The translations under genes were made by a program, and so were the position numbers. A stretch of DNA of 64,000 bases, taken from the NCBI RefSeq assembly GCF_009914755.1, contig NC_060932.1, one strand, 5' to 3'. Positions within the stretch are counted from its first letter, which is position 1. Every line of letters begins with the position of its first letter. This document shows positions 26,743 to 40,796 of this stretch, in pieces. The notes beneath the pieces were generated by a model, which saw only the letters and a list, made by a program, of their open reading frames with translations, ran no database searches and had not been told where the DNA came from. The stretch is from the human T2T-CHM13v2.0 reference genome, Homo sapiens.

Positions 26743-29059
26743 TGATATTGTTTGGCTGAGTCCCCACCCAAATCTCATCTGAATTGTAGATCCCATAATC
26801 CTCAGGTGTCATGGGAGGAACCAGCTGGAGGTAACTGAATCATGGGGGTGGTTTCTCCTATGCTATTTGCCTTATAATGAGAGTCTCATAAGATCTGATG
26901 CTTTTATTAGTGTCTGGTATTTTCCCTGCTTGCTCTCATTCTCCATTTTGCCACCCTGTGAAGAGGTGCCTTTAACCATGATTGTAAGTTTCCTGAGGCC
27001 TCCCCAGCCAGGCAGAACTGTGAGTCAATTACACCTCTTTTCTTTATAAATTACCCAGTCTCAGGTATTCTTTCAGAGCACTGTTAGAACGCAATAATCC
27101 AGTAAATTGGTACTGGTAGAGTGAGGTGCTCATATAAGGGTACTGGAAAATGTGCAAGCAGCTTTGGAACTGGGTACTAAAGGCAGAGGATGGAACAGTT
27201 TGGAGGGCTCAGAACAAGACAGGAAAATGTGGGAAAGTTTGGAACTTCTTAGAGACTTGAAGGGCTTAGAAGACAGGAAGATGTGGGAAAGTTTGTAACT
27301 TCCTAGAGATTTGTTGAATGGCTTTGACCAAAATACCGATAATGATATGTACAATAAAGTCCAGGCTGAGATGGTCTTAGAGGGAGATAAGGAACTTGTT
27401 AGGAAGTAGAGCAAAGGTGACTCTTACTATGTTTTAGCAAAGAGACTGGTGGCATTATGCCCCTGCCCTAGATATCTATAAACTTTGAACTTGAGAGAGA
27501 TGATTTAGCGTATCTGGTGGAAGAAATTTCCAAGTGGAAAAGATTTAAGAGGAAGCAGAGCATAAACATTTGGAAAATTTGCAGCCTGACAATGCAATAA
27601 AAAAGAAAACCCCATTTTCTGGGGAGAAATTCAAGCCTGCTACAGAAATTTCTATAAGTAACAAGGAGCAGAATGTTAAGCACCAAGACAATGGAGTAAA
27701 TGTCTCCAAGGCATGTCGGGGACCTTCCTGGCAGCCCCTCCCATCACAGGCCCTAAGGTTGAAAAGGAAAAAATGGTTTCCTGGGCTGGGCCCAGGGCCT
27801 CCCTGCTGTGTGCAGCCTAGGGACTTCATACCCTGTGTCCCAGATGCTCCAGACTTGGCTAAAAGGGGACAAGGTACAGCTCAGTCCATGACTTCAGAGG
27901 GTGCAATCCCCAAGCCTTGGCACCTTTCATGTGGTGTTGAGCCTGCAGCTACACAGAAGTCAAGAAGTGAGGTTTGGAAACCTCTGCTTAGATTTCAGAG
28001 GACATATAGACATGTATGAATGTCCAGGCAGAAGTTTGCTGCAGAGATGGATCCCTCATGGAGAACCTCTGCTAGGACAGCATGGAAGGGAAATGTGGGG
28101 TTGGAGCCCCCACACAGAGTCCCCACTGGGGCACTGCCTAATGGAGCTGTGAGAAGAGGGCCACCGTCCTCCAGACCCCAGAATGGTAGATCCACTGACA
28201 GCTTGCACTGTGTGCCTGGAAATGCCACAGACGCTCAAAGCCAGCCCATGAAAGCAGTCCCGGAGGGGGACTGTACCCTACAAAGCCACAGGGGCAGAGC
28301 TACCCAAGGCCATGGGAGTTCACCTCTTGCATCAGCATGACTTGGCTGTGAGACACGGAATCAAAGGAGATCATTTTGGAACTTTAAGGTTTAACGAATG
28401 CCTTACTGGATTTTGGACTTGCACGCAGCCTGTAGCCCCTTGTTTTGGCTAATTTCTACCATTTGGAACAGGTGTGTTTACCCAATGCCTGTACTTCCAT
28501 TGTATCTAAGAAGTAACTAACTTGTTTTTTATTTTACAGGCTCATAAGCAAAAGGGACTTGTCTTGTCTCAGATGAGACTTTGGAGTTGGGCTTTTGAGT
28601 TAATGCAGGGATGAGTTGAGACTTTAGGGGACTGTTGGGAGGGCATGATTGTGATTTGAATTGTGACGACATGAGATTTTAAAGGGGCCAAGGGCAGAAT
28701 AATATGGTTGGGCGGCACCCCCACTCAAATCTCATCTTGAATTGTAGCTCCCATAATCCCCACGGGTCATGGGAGGGACCAGTTGGAAGTAACTGAAGCA
28801 TGAGGGTGGTTTCCTCCATGCCGTTCTCATGATAAAGAGTGTTTCACAAGATCTGGTGGTTTTATAAGTGTCTGGCATTTCCCTTGATTGCACTCATTCT
28901 CTCTCCTGCCACCCTGTGAAGAGGTGCCTGCCACCATGATTGTAAGTTTCCTGAAGCCGCCTCAGCCATGCTGAACTGTGAGTCAATTAAACCTCTTTTC
29001 TTTATAAATTACCCAGTCTCAGGTATTTCTTCACAGCAGTGTGAGAAGATAGTAATATA
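26743..29059 (+). mobile_element. THE1D-like MaLR provirus (LTR 26743-27101, internal 27102-28699, LTR 28700-29059)
   Basis: Two homologous ~360-bp LTRs flanking ~1.6-kb THE1-int; purine tract before 3' LTR. Confidence 0.93.
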
Positions 29060-29754
29060 GACAGCTAAGATAAAAATGTTTAAACCATGTGGCTCAGGAC
29101 GGAGAACCAAAAGGAAGACTTGCTGAACTGGAAACATAAAGGATGGAGTTCAAAAGGGAAAAGCAAAATGTAAATCATATGATAAAGAAATGCCAACGAG
29201 AAAAATCAAATAATTTTGTATCAGCTCTACAGATCCATCTATTTTTAAATAGATGGACACTTAATGCTGGATTTAAGCATGCCCTAAGTTAAGTACTTTG
29301 GTCTTTATATACATTTCCCTAAAATTTTATTTTCCTCCCTGACAATGGGGCAAATGAATATAAACAGGCCAGAACATGAATGCCTTTGCTGAGGGCTTGG
29401 CTGTTCTCCAGTTCCTGCTGCTAAATATTATCAGAGAATAAGCATCAAAACCAAATTTCCCTAATACAATTCTTTAAACATAGTTCATATCCTCAGTGCT
29501 TCCAAAATTCTCTATTCTTTAGAGCTTCCTTTCTTAGAGCTTATAAACAACATGTATCAGTCATGGGAGAGGACGGGGTATGTCTAAAGAACTATTTTGA
29601 ATCTATGTTTATACATCAAGCACACTTTTTTCCTAGACTTTAAGTTGGGACTTAATAAACATAGTAAAGTGTCCTAAAGATGTTACTATTCATACTTTTC
29701 AGAAGGTCAATTACCTATATTAAAAGTATCACTATTACTGCTATTGCAATTGCA

Positions 29755-30075
29755 TTTTTTGGAAATAAATATTATTGTGTATATTTAAGGTGACATGGCA
29801 CTATAAGAAACCTATAGAGAGTAAAATGGTTACCACAGTGAAGCAAAATAGCATATCTACCATTTCACACTTCTTTTTGTGTGACAAAACCAGCTAAAGT
29901 CTACTTATTTAACCAAAATTCCAAATACCATAAAATATTTTAACTATAGTCCTCATGTTGTACATTAGATCTCTAGACCTGTACATCCTACATATCTACT
30001 ACTTCATGTCCTCAGACCTACACCTCCCCATTTCTCACTCTCTCCCCTGCAATTACTGTTTTATTGTTATCTATT
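29755..30075 (-). mobile_element. L1MA-type 3' end
   Basis: tatatttaaggt...taactatagtcctcatgttgtacattagatctctaga. Confidence 0.8.
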
Positions 30076-30284
30076 TTTAATTATTAGTGATAGCCTAGAA
30101 ATAATGACACGGTAGTCACTGAAGTTCCCCCATGGCATGTGACATCTAAACAGCCACTGTCAAAGTCACTATTACTTTATACCTGATTCTATACTAGAGT
30201 ACCTTATATTACAAAGAAACTGTACCTCTCCTCTATGCATTAAAGTTGGTGGGGGTTGGGGGGACGGACATTGGTTATAAAGCC

Positions 30285-30584
30285 TTTTTTTTTTATTTTG
30301 AGACAGGGTCTCACACTGTTGCCCAGGCTGGAGTGCACTGATGCAATCTTGGCTCTCTGCAACCATCACTCCCAGGCTCAAGCAACATTCCTCCTATCTT
30401 AGCCTCCTGAGTAGCTGGGTGCACACAGGTGTGCACCACCATGGTTGGCTAATTTTTTACTTTTTTGTAGACAAAGGGCCTCTCTTTATTGCCCAGGCCA
30501 GTCTCGGACTCCTGGCCTCAAGTGATCCTCCCACATTGGCCTCCCAAAGTGCTGGAATAACAGGTATGAGCCACCGTGCCCAGT
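30285..30584 (-). mobile_element. AluJ
   Basis: Reverse full dimer; TSD ttata(a/g)agc. Confidence 0.92.
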
Positions 30585-31883
30585 CATTATAGAGCTTATT
30601 TAGAGCTCATAACTAATATAAATAGTGTAATCACTTAGAAACCACTCACCCTTCTTGGGCTTGAATTCTATGCTATCTTTGGTTAAATTTCTTTTCAGAG
30701 AGTCAATATCCTCATTTATAGAAAGATCACTTATTTTTCACCCTCTTGAGGATGGAGATAATACAGATTAAGTACTTGGCCCATATTGGTAATTCAACAA
30801 ATATCAGCTGCCAACTAATAGTAATAATAATAATACCAACAAAAACCAAAAATGACCCATATTATTTACTTTTAATACCTCCTTTTTCTTCTACAATAAT
30901 TTTATATTTACTTTTTTGTGTAAGTAATCACATACTGTATTTCCCCTGTCTATAATATTTGTCTCTATAGGCGATTCAGAGAGCTTTCTTTTTAGTTCAG
31001 ATTATACTTTATCTATTATCCATCAAGACAGCTCAGTTATCCTGCTCATTCCATCCTTATTTCAAAATCCATTCATTTCTATCTTCTCATGAGAACCTCA
31101 GTAGTATTGAACACTAAGCATAAAACAGAAACAAATACATCTCTGCAGTTTTTGCAGTGACAAGTTGTGTATACTTGCAGTAATGATGACCACCGTACAT
31201 TTAATGAGGAACTATTATATGTCAAGGATTTATAGCTTTACTTAAGCAATGAGGAAACTATGATGACATAAACTTTGTATATTAAAATAAACTCTGGCTA
31301 CATCTTACATTTCTTTTCCCATGTTCCTTTTGCCCTGACTTCTTATTTAATTTTCACCTTGTTGCATGATCTTATGTCTAAAATCTTTCTCTTATACACA
31401 TTTATGACAAATATTGAGGAATTAATTATCAATTAACCAATTTGAAATTCAATGCAGTTGAGTAACTTGTCTTTCCCACACAACCCACATAATACCAGGG
31501 ACTGGTGGTAGGGGTTGTGGATTCAAACCCACTGCAGTCTGATGATACAACTTCTTTTTCCTGGTAAGATCTGTTGATTCCATGTTGACTTTACACAGTA
31601 TTTCAATGAGTCATGTTGATTTAGGTATAAATTCTTAGGGCGTCAGCCATATTACATGAATGTCCTGGAGTTTGGGAGCACAGAATATCTAATTTATGTT
31701 TTAAAAAGATGTCCACATCAGTGGCTAAAATTTCCTAAACTCAGAACAGGGACAGATTTTAGGAAGTAATTGTACTCTCAATGATGATAAATGAAAGTGT
31801 ATGACTTGGGTCCCTAGATTCTGTCTGGGGATCTTCCTTAGAAGGCTCTGCCCAAGAAGGCTTTGACTAAAGTGAGAACCTCA

Positions 31884-32176
31884 TCCATGCACGGTGGCTC
31901 ACGCCTGTAATCCCAGCACTCTGGGAGGCCAAGGCGGGAGGATCACGAGGTCAGGAGATCAAGAGCATCCTGGCTAACACGGTGAAACCCCGTCTCTACC
32001 AAAACTACAAAAATCAACTCGGCGTGGTGGTGCGTGCCTGTAATCCAACTACTCAGGAGGCTGAGGCAGGAGAACCACTTGAACCCAGGAAGCGGAGATT
32101 GCAGTGAGCCAAGATCACGCCACTGCACTCCAGCATGGCAACAGTGTGAGACTCTCAAAAAAAAAAACAAAAAAAA
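31884..32176 (+). mobile_element. AluSc-like
   Basis: Full dimer; TSD aaa(g/a)tgagaacctca. Confidence 0.93.
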
Positions 32177-32932
32177 TGAGAACCTCAGTGAAAAGATCTG
32201 TCAAATGCAGAAAGGAAGGAGCCTGTAGCAGTGGAAGACCCTGGGACAGGCACCGGCTGCATCAAGAAAGCTCAATTGGAAAGACCGAGTAGGAAAATTC
32301 TCAAGAGTTTATAAAGGTTCCCAACAGATGGGGAAGAGAGGACCTTGATGCTGAAGTTGGAGTTGAGCATCCCACTGAAATGGACATGTTTATTACAAAC
32401 ACGAGATGATTCTTTTCATAAAATGACTAGAGGACTTTTGATTAAGAGGGAGCAGATGGGTTTTAGGGTCTAAGATTTTATTGAGGGGTAGGGAAATAAC
32501 CCTAGAGTATGTTTAGGCAGGCACTGAGTAGGAGAAATGTTGTTTCTTATTGCACTCTGAGAAGTTATGTTGTTTCAACATAATGCTTGAGTAATTAATT
32601 ATATATTGGTTATATTTAATACCAGATGTGGATATACTGTAATATATTTGATGTATTTTGAGGTGGAGCCTCTAAAATTGGGAGTACCTAGAGCCTACAG
32701 AATGTTTCTTTCAAGTCCTTTAAATTCAGAATGATGTGAAGCTAAAGTAGAGACTGGGAGTCTAGAAACTGGCCCTCAGCCTGCAAGACTCACAGAGCAC
32801 ACTACTAACCCTGGGCAAGAGACATCATGTAAATCACCCCCCAATTACCATCCAGTCTTATTCAAGTAACAATGATGACTTCCCATACTACGAAATCACC
32901 AGGAAAATAAATGCTTCCCGCCCCCACCCCCC

Positions 32933-33167
32933 AATCTCATCTCACTGTAACCTCCGCCTCCTGGGCTCAAGTCATCCTCCAACCTCAGCCTCCCGAGTAG
33001 CTGGGCCTACAGGCACACATCACCGCACCCAGCTACTTTTTGTATTTTTGTAGAGGCAGGGTTTTGCCATGTTGCCCAGGCTGGTCTCAAACTCCTGGCT
33101 CACCCAATCCACCCACCTTGGCCTCCCAAAGTGCTGGAATTACAGGCCTGAGCCACCGTGCCCAGCC
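32933..33167 (-). mobile_element. AluJ lacking 3' end and tail
   Basis: Reverse Alu breaks off in the right arm at a C-run. Confidence 0.9.
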
Positions 33168-33489
33168 AAAAATGCTACTTTAAATGACGCTTTCTATCTG
33201 TAATATTTTTATGGTACACTGAAAAATATTATGCTGAGGGTTAACCTATAGTTTTGAGAAGGACGTACTGTCCTAGAGTATTTCATGACAATTTCTTTTC
33301 CTTTCCAAGGTACATTTGCAGTTGCTAAGGAACCAAATTTCACAGCCATGGCTATCTAGCAATACCATATGTGGATAATGTCAGAATAATTTTGTGATAG
33401 CTACTGTGAAGCCAAAAATCATGGACATTAGAAATAAGAAAAAATTTCATTAGATTGTCTGCTACAAACATAATAAAAGTCTAGTTCTC

Positions 33490-33610
33490 CAGTAGAATGA
33501 GTGTTCCACCATGACAGGAACCTTATATATCGGTTTATCATTCTACCTTTTAGCCTAGCATAACTCTAGCACGTAGTAGGCATTGAAAAATATCTATTGA
33601 AAGAATAAAG
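33490..33610 (+). mobile_element. L2 3' end
   Basis: tagaatg...gacagga...gcacgtagtaggcatt..aaatatctattgaaagaat. Confidence 0.65.
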
Positions 33611-34408
33611 ATGTTTCTTCTCACTAGTACTCAAAAGCAGAATTATTTCTATAAGGCTCAAGCAAAGTAGCTCTCACAGGAAAAAAAATGAAATGTATTT
33701 AAGAGAATTTCAAAGAAACATTTTGCATTTATAATATTCTCATGCTCCAGTTTTCCAAAGTGTTTTGAAAATAGCCAGATCATTGGAAATTAGTTAAGTA
33801 CCATTTAAGTTTTATTTAAGTTACTTCTTTCTGAAAACCATGGCTTACAAAAACACATGGGTTTAACCCATCTATTAACACATCTCCTAGTCTCACTATG
33901 TCTGACACTAGGAGAATTAACCCATCTCCTTGGGGCTCAGTTTTTGCATCTCTAAAGTAAGGTAGTGTTTCCTTATAATTTAGTTATTGTAATTGCTTAT
34001 TTATCTGTGGTCAATCTATTATTACCTTAACTTAGCAAAATATCTGTTTCATTTCTGCTTTCTGGGTGAGAGGAAACATCAGTTTCTGGCATTTTGAAGT
34101 TGGTGTAATAAAAGGTGATACAGAATCAGAAAATTGCATTCCACAAATGATATCACAGTTCTTGGCAAAGGTTCAGACTTAAAATATTTCTTATGCATTT
34201 TTAATGTACTTGATCCTATATATCTTTGTTATATGCTACACAATTTCAACAAAGCTCTACAGCTTCTGTGTTATTTTTGTACCTCAGGTTGACCTATTAT
34301 TGTTGCATATCCTCAAATATTAACGTTTCCTAGTTTAATGAAGGCTTTTCATGCAACAGGCTCAGAAGTAGTTCTATACAGTTTGTTGTCTTAGCAGGTT
34401 GACATTCA

Positions 34409-34694
34409 CTTTTTTTTTTTTTGACTAAGTCTCGCTCAGTCACCCAGGCTTCAGTGCAGTGGAGCCACCTTGGCTCACTGCAACCACCTCCCGGGTTCAA
34501 GCGATTCTCCTGCCTCAGCCTCCTGAGTAGCTTGGAATACAGGCACATGCCGCCACACCCAGCCAGTATTTTTAGTAGAGACAGGGTTTCACTCTGTTGG
34601 CCATGCTATTCTCGAACTCCCGACCTCAGGTGGTCTGCCCATCTTTGGCCTCCCAAAGTGCTGGGGTTACAGGCATGAGCAACGGCGCCCAGCC
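34409..34694 (-). mobile_element. AluS
   Basis: Reverse dimer; TSD acattcac. Confidence 0.93.
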
Positions 34695-35309
34695 AACATT
34701 CACCTTTTAAAATAAATATTTAACTTCTGTTAGTTTGCAGGGAAAAGCAGCAGTGCTTAGGGACACATTAATTTTAATTAATTTTTTCCTATCATTTTCC
34801 GGTGTACCGTACCACATATTGTGGTGCTGTATGTAACCTGATACATTCCATCTGCTGCTTTTATTCTCTTCAGTCACTATGTGATTTCACAAAACAAGAG
34901 AAACCAAGTTTGTCTGGCATAATAAACTCCTGTGATTTTAGCTGTTTAGCCCTGTAGATTGTTCTCCTACGAGTACTTACAGATTTCTTTTTACTTCATC
35001 TTTAAATGACTGCACAGGGTCACAAGACATCCTTTGATCAGAGCAAATTATTCCCCAAGCCCTGCCGTATCGCCTCAGTCCTTCTGGCTTCTCTGTGAAG
35101 GTTATAACTAATTCTTTAAGATTCTGAAATTCAGCCATGTTCATTATACATTCCCTTTTGTACCTATAGCTGATCAACTGTTAAATTAGGTGGACCAGTA
35201 ATGAAACTAATCTAAAGCGTCACCAAAACTAAAATATTATTTGGTAATAACTTTTCAAGGAGCTCAAGAGTTGTCAATACCCTCAAATGAAAGAGACATT
35301 CCATTTTGG

Positions 35310-35770
35310 TAGAGTGAGGAAGGAGTGGGCTTTGTAAGCTACTGACTGCTTTGAAATCCCAGATCCACATCTACTATGTGAATTAAGCCACTTAGTATCT
35401 CGGAACTTCTGTCTTCTTTTTTTACACAGTTTCTCACCTTGTCACCTACGCTGAAGTGCAGTGGTGCCATCATAGCTCACTGCAGCCTGGAACTCCTGGA
35501 TTTGAGTAATCCTCCTGCCTCAGCCTCCCAAGTAGCTTGGACTACAGGTACACACCATCTGATTTTCTTTTCTTCAGAGACAAGGTCTTACTATGTTTCC
35601 GAGGCTGGTCTCGAACTCCTAGGCTCAAGTAATCATCCAACCTCAGGCTCCCAAAGTGCTGGGACTACAGGTGTGAGCACCATACGTGGCCCTCCATCTT
35701 CCTAAAGAATGGAGATAGTAACACCAACTCTTTAGACTGATGTGAAGACTAGGTAAAAGACTAAAAGAAA
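35310..35770 (+). mobile_element. MIR interrupted by Alu
   Basis: MIR head before 35410, core (aatggagatagtaac...tgtgaagact) resumes after 35691. Confidence 0.6.
35414..35691 (-). mobile_element. AluJ
   Basis: catcatagctcactgcagcc J motif, reverse orientation. Confidence 0.9.
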
Positions 35771-36307
35771 ATGGCACAGAAATTTATGATTACCAAGGAG
35801 GTTAAACACATATATTTATCTCCTCTGCCTCCCTAGAACTTGAATAAAAATGAGTCAAGGGAATAAAACTGTATAAACTCCAAAAAGGCAAAGAGAATGG
35901 GTGAGGGGGTAACAGTAGAGGAACAAGGGGATGAATGCTATCTGCTGTAAGCATCCCTCTCTCTGCTCTGTTAGTGGCCATGAATAGGAGACGGGAAGAA
36001 GTGAGAGGGGCTAAAAAAGAAGAAATGATTCATAAATCTGAGCAATTTGAAATAAATGAATGAGAACTTAGAAAACTAAGAAAAAAATTGAAATAAATAG
36101 TAACTCCAGGAAAAAGAAAAAGTCATACAAAAAAAAGAAATATAAGTGAAGCACAAACATCTAATCTTATTCAATGTTTACAAAAATATAATGATGTAAA
36201 TGCCTACCGTTGATTTTCGTCGGAAAGGAATATATAATTATATATAAATGTTACGAATATAAGAGAGCTAAATTCTAATCAATTATTTGAGGAAGCCAAT
36301 TTTTAAA

Positions 36308-36476
36308 CATTTATTTATTATGAGAAATGGAGTCTCCATATTGTCCAAGTTGGAGTGCAGTGGCTAACAGGAATGATCACGGCATACTACAGCCTCAAAG
36401 TCCTTGTTCTCTAGTGATCCTCCTGCCTCAGCCCCGTGAGTAGATGGGACTACAAGAATGTACCACTGTACCTGGC
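36308..36476 (-). mobile_element. FAM (fossil Alu monomer)
   Basis: Single monomer with 7SL-like gtggctaacagg..tgatcac.gcatactacagcc; 18-bp TSD agga(a/g)gccaatttttaaa. Confidence 0.75.
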
Positions 36477-37204
36477 AGGAGGCCAATTTTTAAAAATCAA
36501 AAGAATAGTTTCAGTAGTGTATTCTGTTTGTAGCTTTAGTGTTATAATTTTGTTTTCTATATGAAGATAATACTAAAAGAAATCTCACAGTTGAAAGTAA
36601 CCTCTGTGAGCATGGGGAAGGAATGGTAACATCACTCATTTTCATTATAATACCTGTACTATTTTTTTAAATTATGTATTAATTACTTTGACAAAAATAT
36701 TTTTATAAAAGAGACTGGCAAATGCATGATCTTTTCTGAATTATTCTTCAATATCTTTTTATTAGCATCCTAATAAAGATCAGTTGTTTAGGCTATCATT
36801 AGGTTAATAAAATTATGTTAATACTGTATAGCAACTTAAAAGAAATTCAATTAATCATCCCTTAACACAAGCCTAACACAGATGCCCACAAAAGTAAAAT
36901 GCCAAGTATCTTTCAATGTTTAATTTACTATTGAAGGGCTGAAAACTGGAAGGCAATTTTCAATAAACTTGGTCTAGGTCATCATGAAATTACCTTTCAA
37001 AAGTTAGATCCAAGATAATATACATCATTGAAAATATTAATTTATTGTTAATTATCCAAGCAGTATACCTATGATATTAATACTGCTGGTAGAACACTGG
37101 AAAACCTGCATCATCTAAAGCTCTTGAGAACCATAATCTACTCCCAACACATTCTATCATCCTCACTCCCCAACCTACCCCATCCCTCATGAAGCAGAAA
37201 TTAA

Positions 37205-37555
<351 letters not shown>

Positions 37556-39509
37556 TGAAAGTTGGGCAGGACACGATCCCTTATGTAGAATGCATGAGGA
37601 AAAACTTGCAGTAGGGGCTGGCTCACAGCCAGATAAGACTGAGAGGAGGGGAGAAGGCCCAGGTAGAATCCCTGTTGCAGAAGGGGTTCTGAGAAGGACA
37701 CAGTTCACACTCTTCGAAGGGCACTTTGTTGTCAGGGGGAAGACATGCTGAAGAAGGATGTCTATTAATTTTTTCCATGTAATATATACTATGAATTATA
37801 TATGTCTCTGAATCCTCTGGACAAACCATATAAAAGGTACATTTTTGCTTAATTCGTGGTAGAATTGGGCTTGCTTTTCTGAGATTATAGTAAAGTTTTG
37901 AGTCTAGCCTCCTAAGTAGGTAAACCTAAACTTCCATTGTGGTCCTGTGGTCCAAATTTACATTTTCTCTCTTTTCATTCTCAGAAGGGCTCTCAAGGAC
38001 CAACCAAGTCTCCTACACCAAAAGCAAGAAGCAGCGATGAGGCAGCTAGTAAAAGAATATGTGATAAAATTAGTTTCTACTTAGCTAATTTCTTTACAAT
38101 AAAAACATATCTGACATAAAATAGACACATTGATGCCTTTTTAATTAAGTGAAGAAAACAATTCACTCTCTCTTGGATGATGTGAGTCAATATTGGGGAA
38201 ATAGTAGTTGGGATAAGCTGAGGATTTGATGGACATTAAGTTGCTATCGGACATCAGGTTCAGGAGCTCACTGATGGTTAATGAACTTCATTCTGGAAAA
38301 AGATGCCTCGATGTCAGTTTGATTTTTGCTCATTTGCTGCCTTGACATAAAAGTGAGTTAAGTGTGCAGCTGTGTGACCTCCTGGGTATTATAGCATGAC
38401 TACACTACTCCATAGTTAATTAGCAAATCGAAGGTTGAAGCAGCCTTTTCCGGAGTCATAGGAATTGCAAGGCCATTTGCTCCCCATTGTCCTAAATATC
38501 CTCTGTCTAGTTACCATCAATTATTTTTGCTTGATTAATACAACCCCTGAATTTACGATATTGTTGAGTCTCACTTATACTATGGCTAATAGGTGTGAAG
38601 ACAGAAGATGCTTCACCCTTTCAAGTTTCTCAGGTGACACTGATACGAGTTCTCCAAGCAAGCCTGGATGCTTGACTTATAACTGAATTTCAGACACAAG
38701 CTGATACAAAAATTGGATGTGGGTTGCCATAACAAAATTAAATTCCAACATATTAACTGCCAGGAAAGAGGAGAGTGAAAGAATCATATTACCACTTGCC
38801 CCTCACACTGTCATAGTCGACAAAAGACTGACTGAAAGGCCAAAGAAAAGCAAGAACAGGGAATAATACTGCACGAGCACTGAAATCAGGAGTAAAAGCA
38901 AACACGTATCACAGATATACTGCTGTGTGAGCCAAAGCAAAGAAAATCACAGGACACTACACAGAATTGATTTTCCTGCTGCAGAAAGCAAAAGGAGGGA
39001 ATTCTGTAAGTGTCTGTTAAGTGTCCCTGTTTTGAAGATGCAATCACCGGTGGTCCTTCCCCACAGCAGGTCAGAGGCTCTGGAAACCAGGCTGGAAAGG
39101 AGCCATTATTCTTATTTTTTTTTATTATTGACTAAATGACTATCCTTCAAACATTATCCCATTAAATCCTATATGGGATGAGGTCTGGAAGGGAAAGGGA
39201 CAGGGCTGAAATTTGACAAGTAACTGGTCACCAATTTAGTGCAAATTCAAGTATGGAGGATTGGTGTGCAGAATAAAAAGCTCACAGGACAGAAAGTCTA
39301 ACTGGACTTCTTACTGATGTCCCCACCAGATAGGACTATGAACTTGATTTTGCAAACCTAGTACCAGTTCAGCAGTGGCAAGTTACTTGAATTAAAATGC
39401 ACCAAAAAATCTTCTGTAGCCCTGCTTTTTGCATTTCCTCCAGCCTCCAAGGCTCTGACAGACAACTTGATATGCTCTAGCCAACCCTCCTGCTTTAAGG
39501 ATGGAATTT

Positions 39510-40130
39510 TCAATGCAAGTTAAAACAACAATGAAATATCATTTATCACTTACATCATTGCTAAGATTGAAAATATTGAGAATAGCCAGCTTTAATGAGG
39601 TGGAGGAAAACAGGCACCTTTAACGACTGCTGGTATAACTATAAACTACAAAAAAAAAAAAAAAAAAAAAGCCTTCCTGGAGGGTAATTTGACAATCTGT
39701 TTAAAAATTTCAAATGCATATTCACTGACCCAGCAATTCTTCTAAAAATACACACTAATAACCACGGAAGTGTCCAAAGATACAGTATGAGGATATTCTG
39801 TTGATAATAGAGAATAACTAGAAAACAAAAATGTGCATCAACAGAGACCTGGAGGCATCATGGGAAACCATGCCAAGGAGTACAGTGTAGTCATTACAAA
39901 TAATTGTATTTGTCTATATTTAGTTAGATGGAAAAAAATCTGCAGTGTGTCTGCAAAGGAAAAAAGCAAGCTGTCAAACAGCCACCTGTGCAAAATATTC
40001 ATTATGAAAAAGTCTGAAAGGCTCTACATCAAAATGTGGCTTGTGGATTTTTGAGCGATTTTCATTTCCTTCTTTACAAATTTATCTATTGTCTGGATAT
40101 TTTATGAGGACTGTGTATTGCTTTATCCAT
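39510..40130 (+). mobile_element. Old L1M (L1ME-like) 3' region containing an A21 run
   Basis: aatgcaagttaaaacaacaatgaaatatca...tgacccagcaattc. Confidence 0.75.
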
Positions 40131-40796
40131 TACTTTATAAAACAGTGCGAATCAGAAATAAACATACCAATATGTTTGCTAAAATGAATAATTTTTACAA
40201 AGTTATTACAATTGATAAAAAATTAAAACTGTCAGCTATTCTGAATATATAAAATAAAAAGTTTCAGTTAGACCCTGGTTGAATTTAAGTCAGTCGGTTA
40301 TTTAATGCATTAATTAATTGACCTCAGTTTCTCCATTGAAAAGGTTTCCTTCGATGCCCTGGGGCCATAGACCCTGCTGAGCATAGGTAAAGCCACGTGA
40401 TTCACTCCCATCCTCTGGAACCCTCCCAAACCTAATTCCCCCTCCCTACTCACGCACAGAGTTGACTGGAACAAGGTTTGATTGTGTTAATGAGTATATA
40501 AAGCAATTGAAGTCGGTCCCTGTTGATACTTGAATTGAACAAGTATGTTGGGATTCTGGAGGCCCTTTTTCACCTGGACACCAAACAAGAGGCAGAGATG
40601 AGAAAAAATTGTATCAAGAGAAACAAAGAAGCTGACTTTTTATTTTCCTAAATTCTCTCACCAGGCATAACTATACTTCCTGCTTGGTTTCTGGAAGATA
40701 ACACGTATTTGTTTCCATAAATTCTCCTTTGATTTAAGCTAAGGCTGTGGTTTTTTTGTTTTCTGTTTTCTTTACTATTTGCAGCTGACTAAAGTC

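Noticed and set aside
27570-28340. 149-aa and 106-aa ORFs
   Set aside because: Lie inside THE1-int; decayed MaLR ORF, not a host gene
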